From positions 1-40,060 of the forward strand of contig CAZDQA010000001.1 of assembly GCA_964507605.1 (NCBI GenBank): a DNA stretch of 40,060 bases. The letters run 5' to 3'. Under the pieces are notes generated by a model. The model saw nothing but the letters and a program-made list of their open reading frames with translations. It did not search any database and was not told the DNA's origin. The stretch's first letter is position 1, and each line of letters starts with the position of its first letter. The position numbers and the translations under genes were made by a program. The stretch is from an uncultured Pseudomonadales bacterium. Lineage in GTDB: Bacteria > Patescibacteriota > Microgenomatia > UBA1400 > CG1-02-47-37. Shown one piece after another: positions 8,450-16,089 of the stretch.

Positions 8450-9426
8450 ACTTACTGGCTATTTTCTTTACCGGCCTAACTACCGGCGGCATCTCCTGTT
8501 TAGCCGTCCAGGGCGGGTTATTGGTGAGTTTAATTGCCAGTTCCAAACTAAAAAATCTTGCCGTCTTAATGTTTTTATTAAGCAAAGCCATTACCTATGC
8601 AATTTTAGGTTTCTTATTAGGTTTATTTGGTTCTAAAATCAGTTTAAATCCGATCATTGCCGCTGTTTTTCAGGTTTTTACCGTCTTGTTTATGTTCGCT
8701 ACTGCCATGAATTTATTAAATGTTCACCCTATTTTTAGATATTTGACGATTACCCCGCCCCGGTTTGTCCGGCGCTTATTAAAAAACAGCGGTAAAAGCG
8801 AAGCTATGTTCACTCCTTTAATCTTAGGCGCTTTGACAGTCTTGATTCCCTGCGGCGTCACCCAGGCAATGGAGGTGTTGGCGATCAACAGTGCTAACCC
8901 GGTCCAGGGAGCCTTAATTATGTTGTTTTTTGTTTTGGGCACTGCCCCCCTGTTTGTTTTATTCGGTGTATCTGCCGCCAGGTTTTCCGAAGCCTGGCAA
9001 GTCCAGTTTAGCCGGGTGGCCAGCGCTTTACTGATTATCTTTTCTTTATATGTGTTTAATTCCAGCTTGATTTTATTTAATTCACCAATTACTTTGACTA
9101 CCTTAACACGGCCGGTGCGCTGGTTTTTTTCCGCCGAGCGGTTTGAATCTAACCCGGCCAATAACCAAGTTACTATTAACATTAATAACTCCGGTTACAG
9201 CCCGAAATATTTTCAGGTCAAAGTCAACCAGCCGGTCAAATTAACCCTTATTAGTCACAATGTCCGCTCCTGCGCCCTGGCTTTTGTCTTTAAATCATTT
9301 AATATTCGGGCAATCTTAAAGCCCACCGATGAACAAACCTTTACCTTTACCCCCACCAAAATCGGTAGTTATACCTACTCTTGTTCCATGGGGATGTATA
9401 GTGGAACAATGGAGGTAATCCAATGA
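8446..9426 (+). CDS. Polytopic membrane protein (DsbD_2/TauE-like) fused to a C-terminal cupredoxin-like domain
   Basis: 326 aa. The N-terminus is multi-TM with GGISCLAVQGG and IPCGVTQAM. The C-terminal ~90 aa form a beta-rich domain ending YTYSCSMGMYSGTMEV, a Cys/Met ligand pattern. The gene is translationally coupled to copA and copZ. Confidence 0.55.
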   Translation: MNLLAIFFTGLTTGGISCLAVQGGLLVSLIASSKLKNLAVLMFLLSKAITYAILGFLLGLFGSKISLNPIIAAVFQVFTVLFMFATAMNLLNVHPIFRYLTITPPRFVRRLLKNSGKSEAMFTPLILGALTVLIPCGVTQAMEVLAINSANPVQGALIMLFFVLGTAPLFVLFGVSAARFSEAWQVQFSRVASALLIIFSLYVFNSSLILFNSPITLTTLTRPVRWFFSAERFESNPANNQVTININNSGYSPKYFQVKVNQPVKLTLISHNVRSCALAFVFKSFNIRAILKPTDEQTFTFTPTKIGSYTYSCSMGMYSGTMEVIQ

Positions 9427-9635
9427 AACAAACAATAATTTTTTCTCTTTCCGGCCTGCACTGTATTAGTTGTGCTCTAAATATTGATAATAGCCTGGAA
9501 GACTTGCCCGATGTTTTTAAAGTTCAAACCAATTATCCCAAAAGCCAAACTAAAGTTGAGTTTGATCCGCAAAAAATTACCCCGGTTAAACTGATTAAAA
9601 CCATTAAGTCCCTTGGTTATAATGTGTTAGAATGA
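9423..9635 (+). CDS. copZ: Heavy-metal-associated (HMA) copper chaperone
   Basis: 70 aa with GLHCISCA, an MxCxxC-type motif. A ferredoxin-like fold is expected at this length. Confidence 0.8.
   Translation: MKQTIIFSLSGLHCISCALNIDNSLEDLPDVFKVQTNYPKSQTKVEFDPQKITPVKLIKTIKSLGYNVLE
9625..9633 (+). promoter_or_regulatory. Extended -10 promoter (TGtTAGAAT) inside the copZ 3' end, leaderless spacing for the next gene
   Basis: TAGAAT at 9628-9633 and ATG at 9640, a 6-nt gap. Confidence 0.4.
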
Positions 9636-9639
9636 ACTC

Positions 9640-10602
9640 ATGGAACAAAAACTGCCTGTAGATTTACAGAAAAAAATTGAGGAAATGAAAGCCTATACCA
9701 AGCCTGAGCAAATGACTCAGTATCTTAATTTAATTAGCGCTTTGCCTTGGGACCAATTAAGCGATGATTGCCTGGACTTAAATAAAGCCAAGGAAATTAT
9801 GGATAAGCACCACTATGGCATGAAAGAAGTTAAAGATAAAATTTTAGAATATTTATCAGTCATGACCTTAACCCGCGGCAAAGAAGAAGCCACCAGAGCG
9901 CCCATGCTTTGTTTAGTCGGTTTAGTCGGCACCGGTAAAACTACTTTTGGCCAATCTTTGGCCGAAGCTTTGAACCGTCAATTTGTCCGGATTCCTTTCG
10001 GCGGTCTGGGCTCTGCTCTTGATCTACGCGGCCAGTCCCGGCTGCACCCCGACGCTGAGCCTGGGTTAATTATTAAAGCCCTGAGGCGGGCCAAAACAAG
10101 AAATCCGGTTTTACTGCTGGACGAGATCGACCGGGTCACCGACGCCTCCCGGGCAGATATTATGGGTGTTTTAGTCGAGCTGTTAGACCCGGAACAAAAT
10201 TCGCAGTTTACCGATCATTATCTTGACTACCCTTTTAACCTATCCGATGTTCTGTTTGTCGCCACCGCCAACAATACCCGGAATATTGCTACCGCGGTTT
10301 TAGACCGTTTGGAAGTGATTCAAATGCCCTCCTATACTGATGAAGAAAAAACCTCTATTGCCAAAGATTATATTTTGCCCCGGGTTTTAAACGAGTCCGG
10401 CTTATCCGCTGATAACTTAACCATTGACGATGATGTCTGGACTAATATCGTCCGGCCTTTAGGTTTTGATGCCGGTTTAAGAACCTTAGAAAGAACGATT
10501 GAAGGCATCTGTCATCAGCTGGCCCGCTCCATTGTTGAAGATAAAGCCAAACACTTTCACTTAACCAAAGCCAATATTAAAAATTATTTACCCAGTTATT
10601 AA
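9640..10602 (+). CDS. Stand-alone Lon-type AAA+ ATPase module (no N-domain, no protease domain)
   Basis: 320 aa. It is collinear with the Lon ATPase core: LPW..LDLNKAKEIMDKHHYGMKEVKDKILEYLSV, Walker A GLVGTGKTT, Walker B LLLDEIDR, LLDPEQNSQFTDHYLDYPFNLSDVLFVATAN, LDRLEVIQMPSYT and GLRTLERTIEGICHQLA. The ORF stops where the Lon S-K protease domain would begin. Confidence 0.8.
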   Translation: MEQKLPVDLQKKIEEMKAYTKPEQMTQYLNLISALPWDQLSDDCLDLNKAKEIMDKHHYGMKEVKDKILEYLSVMTLTRGKEEATRAPMLCLVGLVGTGKTTFGQSLAEALNRQFVRIPFGGLGSALDLRGQSRLHPDAEPGLIIKALRRAKTRNPVLLLDEIDRVTDASRADIMGVLVELLDPEQNSQFTDHYLDYPFNLSDVLFVATANNTRNIATAVLDRLEVIQMPSYTDEEKTSIAKDYILPRVLNESGLSADNLTIDDDVWTNIVRPLGFDAGLRTLERTIEGICHQLARSIVEDKAKHFHLTKANIKNYLPSY

Positions 10603-10604
10603 AA

Positions 10605-10617
10605 TATAACCGTTATA
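10605..10617. promoter_or_regulatory. Perfect 13-bp palindrome TATAAC-C-GTTATA upstream of rnj
   Basis: Read directly from the sequence. It sits in a 41-bp AT-rich intergenic region. TATAAA at 10632-10637 lies 6 nt before the ATG at 10644. Confidence 0.4.
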
Positions 10618-10643
10618 ACGATTATAAAAATTATAAACATTAT

Positions 10644-11981
10644 ATGAATTTGCGAATAGTCCCATTAGGCGGCGGCCCGGGCGAAGTCACCAACAATATG
10701 TATCTTTATGAATATGGCAACGATGCCCTGATCGTTGACTGCGGCATCGGCTTTCCCGAAGACAAGGCCTCTGACGAAATTATCATTCCGGATATTTCTT
10801 ACTTAAAACATAAGTCTTTAAAAATCCACGGCCTTTTATTAACCCACGGCCACGATGACCATCATGCCGCCTTGCCCCACATCTTGCCCCAACTCGGTTA
10901 TCTTCCTCTCTATGGTTCCCGTTTAACCGCCGGCTTTGCCCAGGACCGCTTGGCCGACTTTGATTTTAACCAGAAAATCAATGTGCTTAATGAAAATGAT
11001 CAATTGCACCTGGGCCCTTTTACCATTGATCCGATTCACGTCACCCACTCGGTTCCGGACACCTTTCATTATGTCATCAAAACTCCGCTTGGAGCGATTT
11101 ATCATGGCAGTGATTTTAAGTTTGACTTAACCCCTTTAGATAACTGGCCGCCTAACTTTAAGAAAATGGTTAATCTTGGCAAAAACGGCATCTTATGCTT
11201 ATTATCAGACTGTTTAAGAAGTGAACGCCCGGGCTTTACTCCTTCGGAAACCACCTTAAGCCAGGCTTTGGAGCGGGAGATTGCTCATTGTCCCGGCCGG
11301 CTGATCTTTACCACCATGTCCTCCCAAATTCACCGGATTCAGCAGGCCATTGATATTGCCGCTAGCCACGGCCGCCAAATCTGCTTTGTCGGCCGGTCCA
11401 TGGAAAGAAATGTTTTAACCGCCCAGCGTTTAGGCTTTCTTAAATTTTCCCGCAAAAATGTAATTAATTCCAAAAGACTGAAAAGTTTTCCCGATCGGAA
11501 ACTTTGTTTGATTGTGGCCGGCAGCCAAGGCCAGGAATCATCTTCTTTAACCCGCTACGCCAGCGGTTATCATAAACTGCTGAAAATTAAACCTAACGAC
11601 AAAGTGGTTTACTCCACCGACATTATTCCCGGTAATGAGCAGGCAGTTTATCGGGTGATTGATGATTTAGCCAAAGCCGGTGTCCAGGTAGCTTACCAGG
11701 ATACAGACGACGATCTTCATGTTTCCGGCCATGCTTCTGCCGGCGAGCTCCAGCTATTAATCCACCTGATTTCTCCTCACTATCTTTATCCAATTGGCGG
11801 TACTTTCCGGCACATGAGCCGCTATTTCCAGTTAGCTGAGGAGTTAGGCTACCGCCGGGAACAAATGATTGCTCCCCAAACCGGTCAGGTTGTCGAGTTT
11901 GCTAGCTCCGGCCACTTCCGCCTGGCAGAAACCTTAAAGCTCGAACCCCTCCTTATTAATCAGAATGAATTAAAAAAGTAA
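10644..11981 (+). CDS. rnj: Ribonuclease J (metallo-beta-lactamase/beta-CASP), short form
   Basis: 445 aa with the HGHDDHH motif, beta-CASP region motifs and HVSGHAS near the C-terminus. It ends about 100 aa earlier than typical ~555-aa bacterial RNase J. Confidence 0.85.
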   Translation: MNLRIVPLGGGPGEVTNNMYLYEYGNDALIVDCGIGFPEDKASDEIIIPDISYLKHKSLKIHGLLLTHGHDDHHAALPHILPQLGYLPLYGSRLTAGFAQDRLADFDFNQKINVLNENDQLHLGPFTIDPIHVTHSVPDTFHYVIKTPLGAIYHGSDFKFDLTPLDNWPPNFKKMVNLGKNGILCLLSDCLRSERPGFTPSETTLSQALEREIAHCPGRLIFTTMSSQIHRIQQAIDIAASHGRQICFVGRSMERNVLTAQRLGFLKFSRKNVINSKRLKSFPDRKLCLIVAGSQGQESSSLTRYASGYHKLLKIKPNDKVVYSTDIIPGNEQAVYRVIDDLAKAGVQVAYQDTDDDLHVSGHASAGELQLLIHLISPHYLYPIGGTFRHMSRYFQLAEELGYRREQMIAPQTGQVVEFASSGHFRLAETLKLEPLLINQNELKK

Positions 11982-11987
11982 ATTAAT

Positions 11988-14093
11988 ATGTCCAGACACC
12001 GCTCCAACAAAGGCAAACGCAAACAGCCCTTTAGGCTGAAACTGCCCCGGGAAACTATCTACACCTTGGCCTCTACCGGCTTAATTCTTTTTGGCGGCTT
12101 GATCATGGTTTCTTTTTCCCGCCAAAGCCGCTTTTTAGAGCTGATTTTTAATTATTTCTCCGCCCTTTTCGGCTGGGGGACCCTGCTTTTACCCTTCCTG
12201 TTTTTAACTGCCGGTTTAATGTTAACCCGGTTAAAATGGCGGATTACCAAACCCAATGTTTTTGTTGGTTCTGTTATTCTTTTGATTACCAGCATCAGCT
12301 TAACTCAAGCCGGCACGATTGGTCAGCAAATTTGGAGCAGTTTAACCGGTTTAATTTACCGCTCCGGCGCTCTTTTGGTCCTTATCTCCGGAATTTTTAT
12401 CAGTTTTGTCGTCATCTTTGAAACCAGCTTGGAGGACATTTTATTAGCCTCACAAACAATTTTTAGAAAAATTAAACAAACATTCCAATCTCTTAAAAAC
12501 CGGCCCAAGCCTTTATTTGAACCAAAACCGCGCGGCTTTACTGTTAAAGGTTTGACCGAAGAAAAAACCCCTCCCTTGCGGCCTAAACTAACACCTAAAC
12601 CAATGATTGCCAATCCGATTATTGCCAACCAGCCCGGCGACCAGCAGACCATGTGGCACTATCCGCCCTTATCCATTCTGCCTGACTTTTCCGGCGCCAA
12701 GGCCGACCGGGGCGACGTTAAAGAATCTGCCGGTATTATTGAACGGACCTTGGAGAGTTTTGGCATTAAAGCCAAGGTGGTGGAAGTCAATTACGGTCCG
12801 GCCGTCACCCAGTATGCGATTGAGATCGCTAAAGGCACCAAGCTCTCGAAAATTACCAGCTTGCAAAACGATCTCGCTTTAGCTTTAGCTGCCCCGCAAG
12901 GCCAAATCCGGATTGAAGCCCCGATTCCCGGCCGCAACCTGGTCGGTTTGGAAGTGCCTAACCGTTCTCTGGAAATCGTCTCTTTAAAAGAGACCTTGTC
13001 TAAAAAAGCCATGAAAGAAACCAAAAGCCGGCTGGCTTTTCCTCTGGGTTTGGATGTTTCCGGCGAAGTCGTCATTGCCGATATTGATAAAATGCCTCAT
13101 GTTTTGATTGCAGGCGCTACCGGTTCAGGGAAATCTGTCTGCATTAACTCGATTATTACCTCGATTCTGTTCCGCGCCAGCCCTCAGGAAGTTAAGTTTA
13201 TTTTAGTTGATCCAAAGCGGGTGGAGCTGACTTTTTACAACGACATTCCTCACCTTTTGACTCCGGTGATTGTTGAACCGGAAAAAGTTGTCTCTGCCTT
13301 AAAATGGGCGATTTCCGAAATGGAAAGACGGTATAAACTGTTTGCCGAAGTCGGGGTGCGCAACATTGCCGGCTACAACGAACTCTCCGGTTTTCAGGCC
13401 ATTCCTTATATTATCATTATTATTGATGAGCTGGCCGATATTATTTTTTATGCCCCCTCAGAAGTTGAAGACAGCATTACCCGCTTGGCCCAAATGGCCC
13501 GGGCTACAGGCATTCATCTGGTTTTGGCCACTCAACGGCCTTCGGTTGACGTTTTAACCGGTTTAATTAAAGCTAACATTAACTGCCGCCTTTCTTTTAA
13601 TGTTAATTCCATGGTTGATTCCCGGGTGATCATTGACTCGCCCGGGGCGGAAAAACTTTTAGGCCGCGGCGATATGCTCTATATTCCTCCCGACCAAGCC
13701 AAACCCACCCGGATTCAGGGCGCTTTTATCTCGGAAAAAGACACCAAAAACTTAATTGATTTTATAAAAAAATCCGCGATTAAAGTGGAATACACTGAAG
13801 AAGTTACTTCTAAATATAAAGCGAAAATGCCCAATCGTCCGGGCACTACTAGCGATGAAAACATTGACGAACTTTTTGAAGAAGCCGCCCGGGTAATTTG
13901 CCAGTATGACCGGGCTTCGGCTTCACTTCTTCAGCGCCGGCTGTCGATCGGCTATGCCCGGGCCGCCCGGATTTTAGACCAACTGGAACAATCCGGGGCC
14001 GTTGGTCAGTCAGAGGGCGCCAAAGCCCGGGAGGTTTTAATCTCCAATGCCGACAGTTTTTTAAACGAGTATTTCCATGAAAACACTCGGTGA
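11988..14093 (+). CDS. ftsK: DNA translocase FtsK/SpoIIIE
   Basis: 701 aa with N-terminal TM helices, a Pro-rich linker, Walker A GATGSGKS, IIIIIDELAD and a gamma winged-helix domain (ASASLLQRRLSIGYARAARILDQLE). Confidence 0.93.
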   Translation: MSRHRSNKGKRKQPFRLKLPRETIYTLASTGLILFGGLIMVSFSRQSRFLELIFNYFSALFGWGTLLLPFLFLTAGLMLTRLKWRITKPNVFVGSVILLITSISLTQAGTIGQQIWSSLTGLIYRSGALLVLISGIFISFVVIFETSLEDILLASQTIFRKIKQTFQSLKNRPKPLFEPKPRGFTVKGLTEEKTPPLRPKLTPKPMIANPIIANQPGDQQTMWHYPPLSILPDFSGAKADRGDVKESAGIIERTLESFGIKAKVVEVNYGPAVTQYAIEIAKGTKLSKITSLQNDLALALAAPQGQIRIEAPIPGRNLVGLEVPNRSLEIVSLKETLSKKAMKETKSRLAFPLGLDVSGEVVIADIDKMPHVLIAGATGSGKSVCINSIITSILFRASPQEVKFILVDPKRVELTFYNDIPHLLTPVIVEPEKVVSALKWAISEMERRYKLFAEVGVRNIAGYNELSGFQAIPYIIIIIDELADIIFYAPSEVEDSITRLAQMARATGIHLVLATQRPSVDVLTGLIKANINCRLSFNVNSMVDSRVIIDSPGAEKLLGRGDMLYIPPDQAKPTRIQGAFISEKDTKNLIDFIKKSAIKVEYTEEVTSKYKAKMPNRPGTTSDENIDELFEEAARVICQYDRASASLLQRRLSIGYARAARILDQLEQSGAVGQSEGAKAREVLISNADSFLNEYFHENTR

Positions 14094-14709
14094 AATTCTT
14101 AAAAGCGCTCGTGTCAGCCGCAAATTAACCCTAACTCAACTTAGCCGTTTAACTAAAATTTCCGTTAAAACTTTATGCGCTTTAGAAAAAAATCAATTTG
14201 CTAAATTGCCTTCATCAACTTATATTCAAGGTTTTATTAAAAATTATGCTCAAACTGTGCGGCTTGATCCTATTAAAACATTAGCTGTTTTTAAACGCGA
14301 TTACGATCGCCACCAGTCCAAAAAAATTCTTCCCCAGGGCTTAACTCAGCCTCTTAATCAACCGTTTTTCGCCACCACCACCGGCCGTAACCTTCTGGCA
14401 GCCGGTATTATTCTGTTAATTTTAGCTGGTTACTTAATTTTCACTTTATTAAAACTTTACCAACCGCCGTCATTAATTATCACTCAGCCTCAGGAAGCTC
14501 AAGAATTAACCGCGCCGGTTTTAATCAAAGGCAAAACCGACCGCGACGCCACTCTGACTTTAAATAATAAAACTGTCAACCTGGAACCGGACGGCCGCTT
14601 TACCACGATCTACAGTACTCAATCCGGCACCCTGCAGCTTAACTTTAAAGCTACTTCCCGGCGGGGAAAATCCCGGGAGCTTGTCCGCCATGTTATCATT
14701 GTTCAATGA
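14077..14709 (+). CDS. rodZ: RodZ-like helix-turn-helix membrane protein
   Basis: 210 aa with an N-terminal XRE-type helix-turn-helix (LGEILKSARVSRKLTLTQLSRLTKISVKTLCALE), a single TM helix and a C-terminal beta domain. Confidence 0.6.
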   Translation: MKTLGEILKSARVSRKLTLTQLSRLTKISVKTLCALEKNQFAKLPSSTYIQGFIKNYAQTVRLDPIKTLAVFKRDYDRHQSKKILPQGLTQPLNQPFFATTTGRNLLAAGIILLILAGYLIFTLLKLYQPPSLIITQPQEAQELTAPVLIKGKTDRDATLTLNNKTVNLEPDGRFTTIYSTQSGTLQLNFKATSRRGKSRELVRHVIIVQ

Positions 14710-15500
14710 AAATCAAACGCATTTTACTTACCGGCGATGATGGCTATAATTCGATTGGCACCCGTTTGCTGGTCCATTTCTTAAAAAATAAATATGATTT
14801 GAATATTGTGGCCACCAAAGTTCAGCAAAGCGGCGTCGGCGGCAAGCTCAATATTAAAGAGGGCGGTCAATGGGGCAAAGTTCAGGTTGACGGCGTTCCC
14901 GCGCTTTGGGTCAGCGGCACTCCCGGCGATGCTATGGAGCTGGCCAATACTTACTTTAAAAAATCTTTTGACTTGGTCCTTTCCGGTATTAACTTGGGTC
15001 CTAATATTGTTGGCGATCTGGCTTCCGGCACTTTCACCGCCGCTGTCCGGGCAATCAAACTGCGGCTGGCCCCCAAAGCCATTGCTTTTTCCTGGGTCGC
15101 GCCCGGCTCTTTTTGGTACCGCGATCATCAGGGGAACGAAGACTTGGCCACTTATAGCACCTATCCCGGTGAAGCCGCTTACAAACTGATTAACCTAGCC
15201 ATTATCAATAATTTTTGGGACAACTATTTGTTGAACATTAACTTTCCCGACCAGCCGACCAAAGAAGCTAAGTTTACCCGCTTTGCCTACTACTTCGGCG
15301 ACTTTTTTAATCCCTTAAAAATTGACAAAGTTAATCAAAAATATTCTTACCCCAAAGGCTTTCAGCCGGAGCTGCAAGGTTTTGTTAACACTGACGCTGA
15401 TGCTTTAAGAAGCAATTATATTTCCATTACTCCCTGCAAGCCGGACTTATTAAACGATCAAAGCTTTCAGGCCCTCAAAGGCAAAATAATTACTTTATAG
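14706..15500 (+). CDS. surE: 5'/3'-nucleotidase SurE
   Basis: 264 aa with an ILLTGDDGYNS N-terminus and a SGINLGPN motif. Confidence 0.85.
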   Translation: MKIKRILLTGDDGYNSIGTRLLVHFLKNKYDLNIVATKVQQSGVGGKLNIKEGGQWGKVQVDGVPALWVSGTPGDAMELANTYFKKSFDLVLSGINLGPNIVGDLASGTFTAAVRAIKLRLAPKAIAFSWVAPGSFWYRDHQGNEDLATYSTYPGEAAYKLINLAIINNFWDNYLLNINFPDQPTKEAKFTRFAYYFGDFFNPLKIDKVNQKYSYPKGFQPELQGFVNTDADALRSNYISITPCKPDLLNDQSFQALKGKIITL

Positions 15501-15506
15501 TTTTTG

Positions 15507-15515
15507 TGTTATACT
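15507..15515 (+). promoter_or_regulatory. Extended -10 promoter (TGtTATACT), leaderless spacing
   Basis: TATACT at 15510-15515 and ATG at 15524, an 8-nt gap. Confidence 0.4.
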
Positions 15516-15523
15516 TTTAATAT

Positions 15524-15811
15524 ATGTTAACTTTATCCCAAGTCATACTGGTTATTGTCGTTACCATTCTCTCTATTTTATTGATTATTTTTTCCATCTA
15601 TATTTTCCGGATCCTGGATGAATTGAAAAAGACTTTGCAAAAAACTAACTCCATGATGGATGACATGAAACGGATTACCAAATCTGTGGCTGACCCGATC
15701 GAGCACGTCTCTGAATTTATCTCCGGTCTTAAAAAAGGCGCTAAATTGGTAGAGCTGGCCGGGGAATTAGTCTCCAAAAAAGAATCTCATGACCGAAGAA
15801 GAAAAGAATAA
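15524..15811 (+). CDS. DUF948/YtxG-like small membrane-anchored protein
   Basis: 95 aa with an N-terminal TM helix followed by a coiled-coil. It is paired with a YtxH-like gene, as in Firmicutes ytxGH. Confidence 0.5.
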   Translation: MLTLSQVILVIVVTILSILLIIFSIYIFRILDELKKTLQKTNSMMDDMKRITKSVADPIEHVSEFISGLKKGAKLVELAGELVSKKESHDRRRKE

Positions 15812-16085
15812 CTCATTCCGCTATGCCGCCGGCTTGCTGTTAGGGTTAACTACTGCTGTTGCCGCCGCCTTTTTGTATAAAACCGAGTCCGGTAAAAAAG
15901 TCAACAAAATCCTTAAAACTTATTACCGGGAAGCCAAGGAACATTTTAACGAACTGGTTAAAGATTTCTCCCGTTCCGAGAAAGTTGACCAGGTCGTTAC
16001 CAAAGAAGTCAAGAAGATACGGAAAAAAATTAACCTCATCAAAAAAAACGTCTTCTCCAAATCCGGCAAGCCTCTGGTAAGATAA
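15789..16085 (+). CDS. YtxH-domain protein
   Basis: 98 aa. AAGLLLGLTTAVAAAFLYKTESGKK followed by charged helices is typical of the YtxH family. Confidence 0.55.
   Translation: MTEEEKNNSFRYAAGLLLGLTTAVAAAFLYKTESGKKVNKILKTYYREAKEHFNELVKDFSRSEKVDQVVTKEVKKIRKKINLIKKNVFSKSGKPLVR
16075..16083 (+). promoter_or_regulatory. Extended -10 promoter (TGgTAAGAT), leaderless spacing for alaS
   Basis: TAAGAT at 16078-16083 and ATG at 16090, a 6-nt gap. It lies inside the 3' end of the YtxH-like gene. Confidence 0.4.
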
Positions 16086-16089
16086 GATC

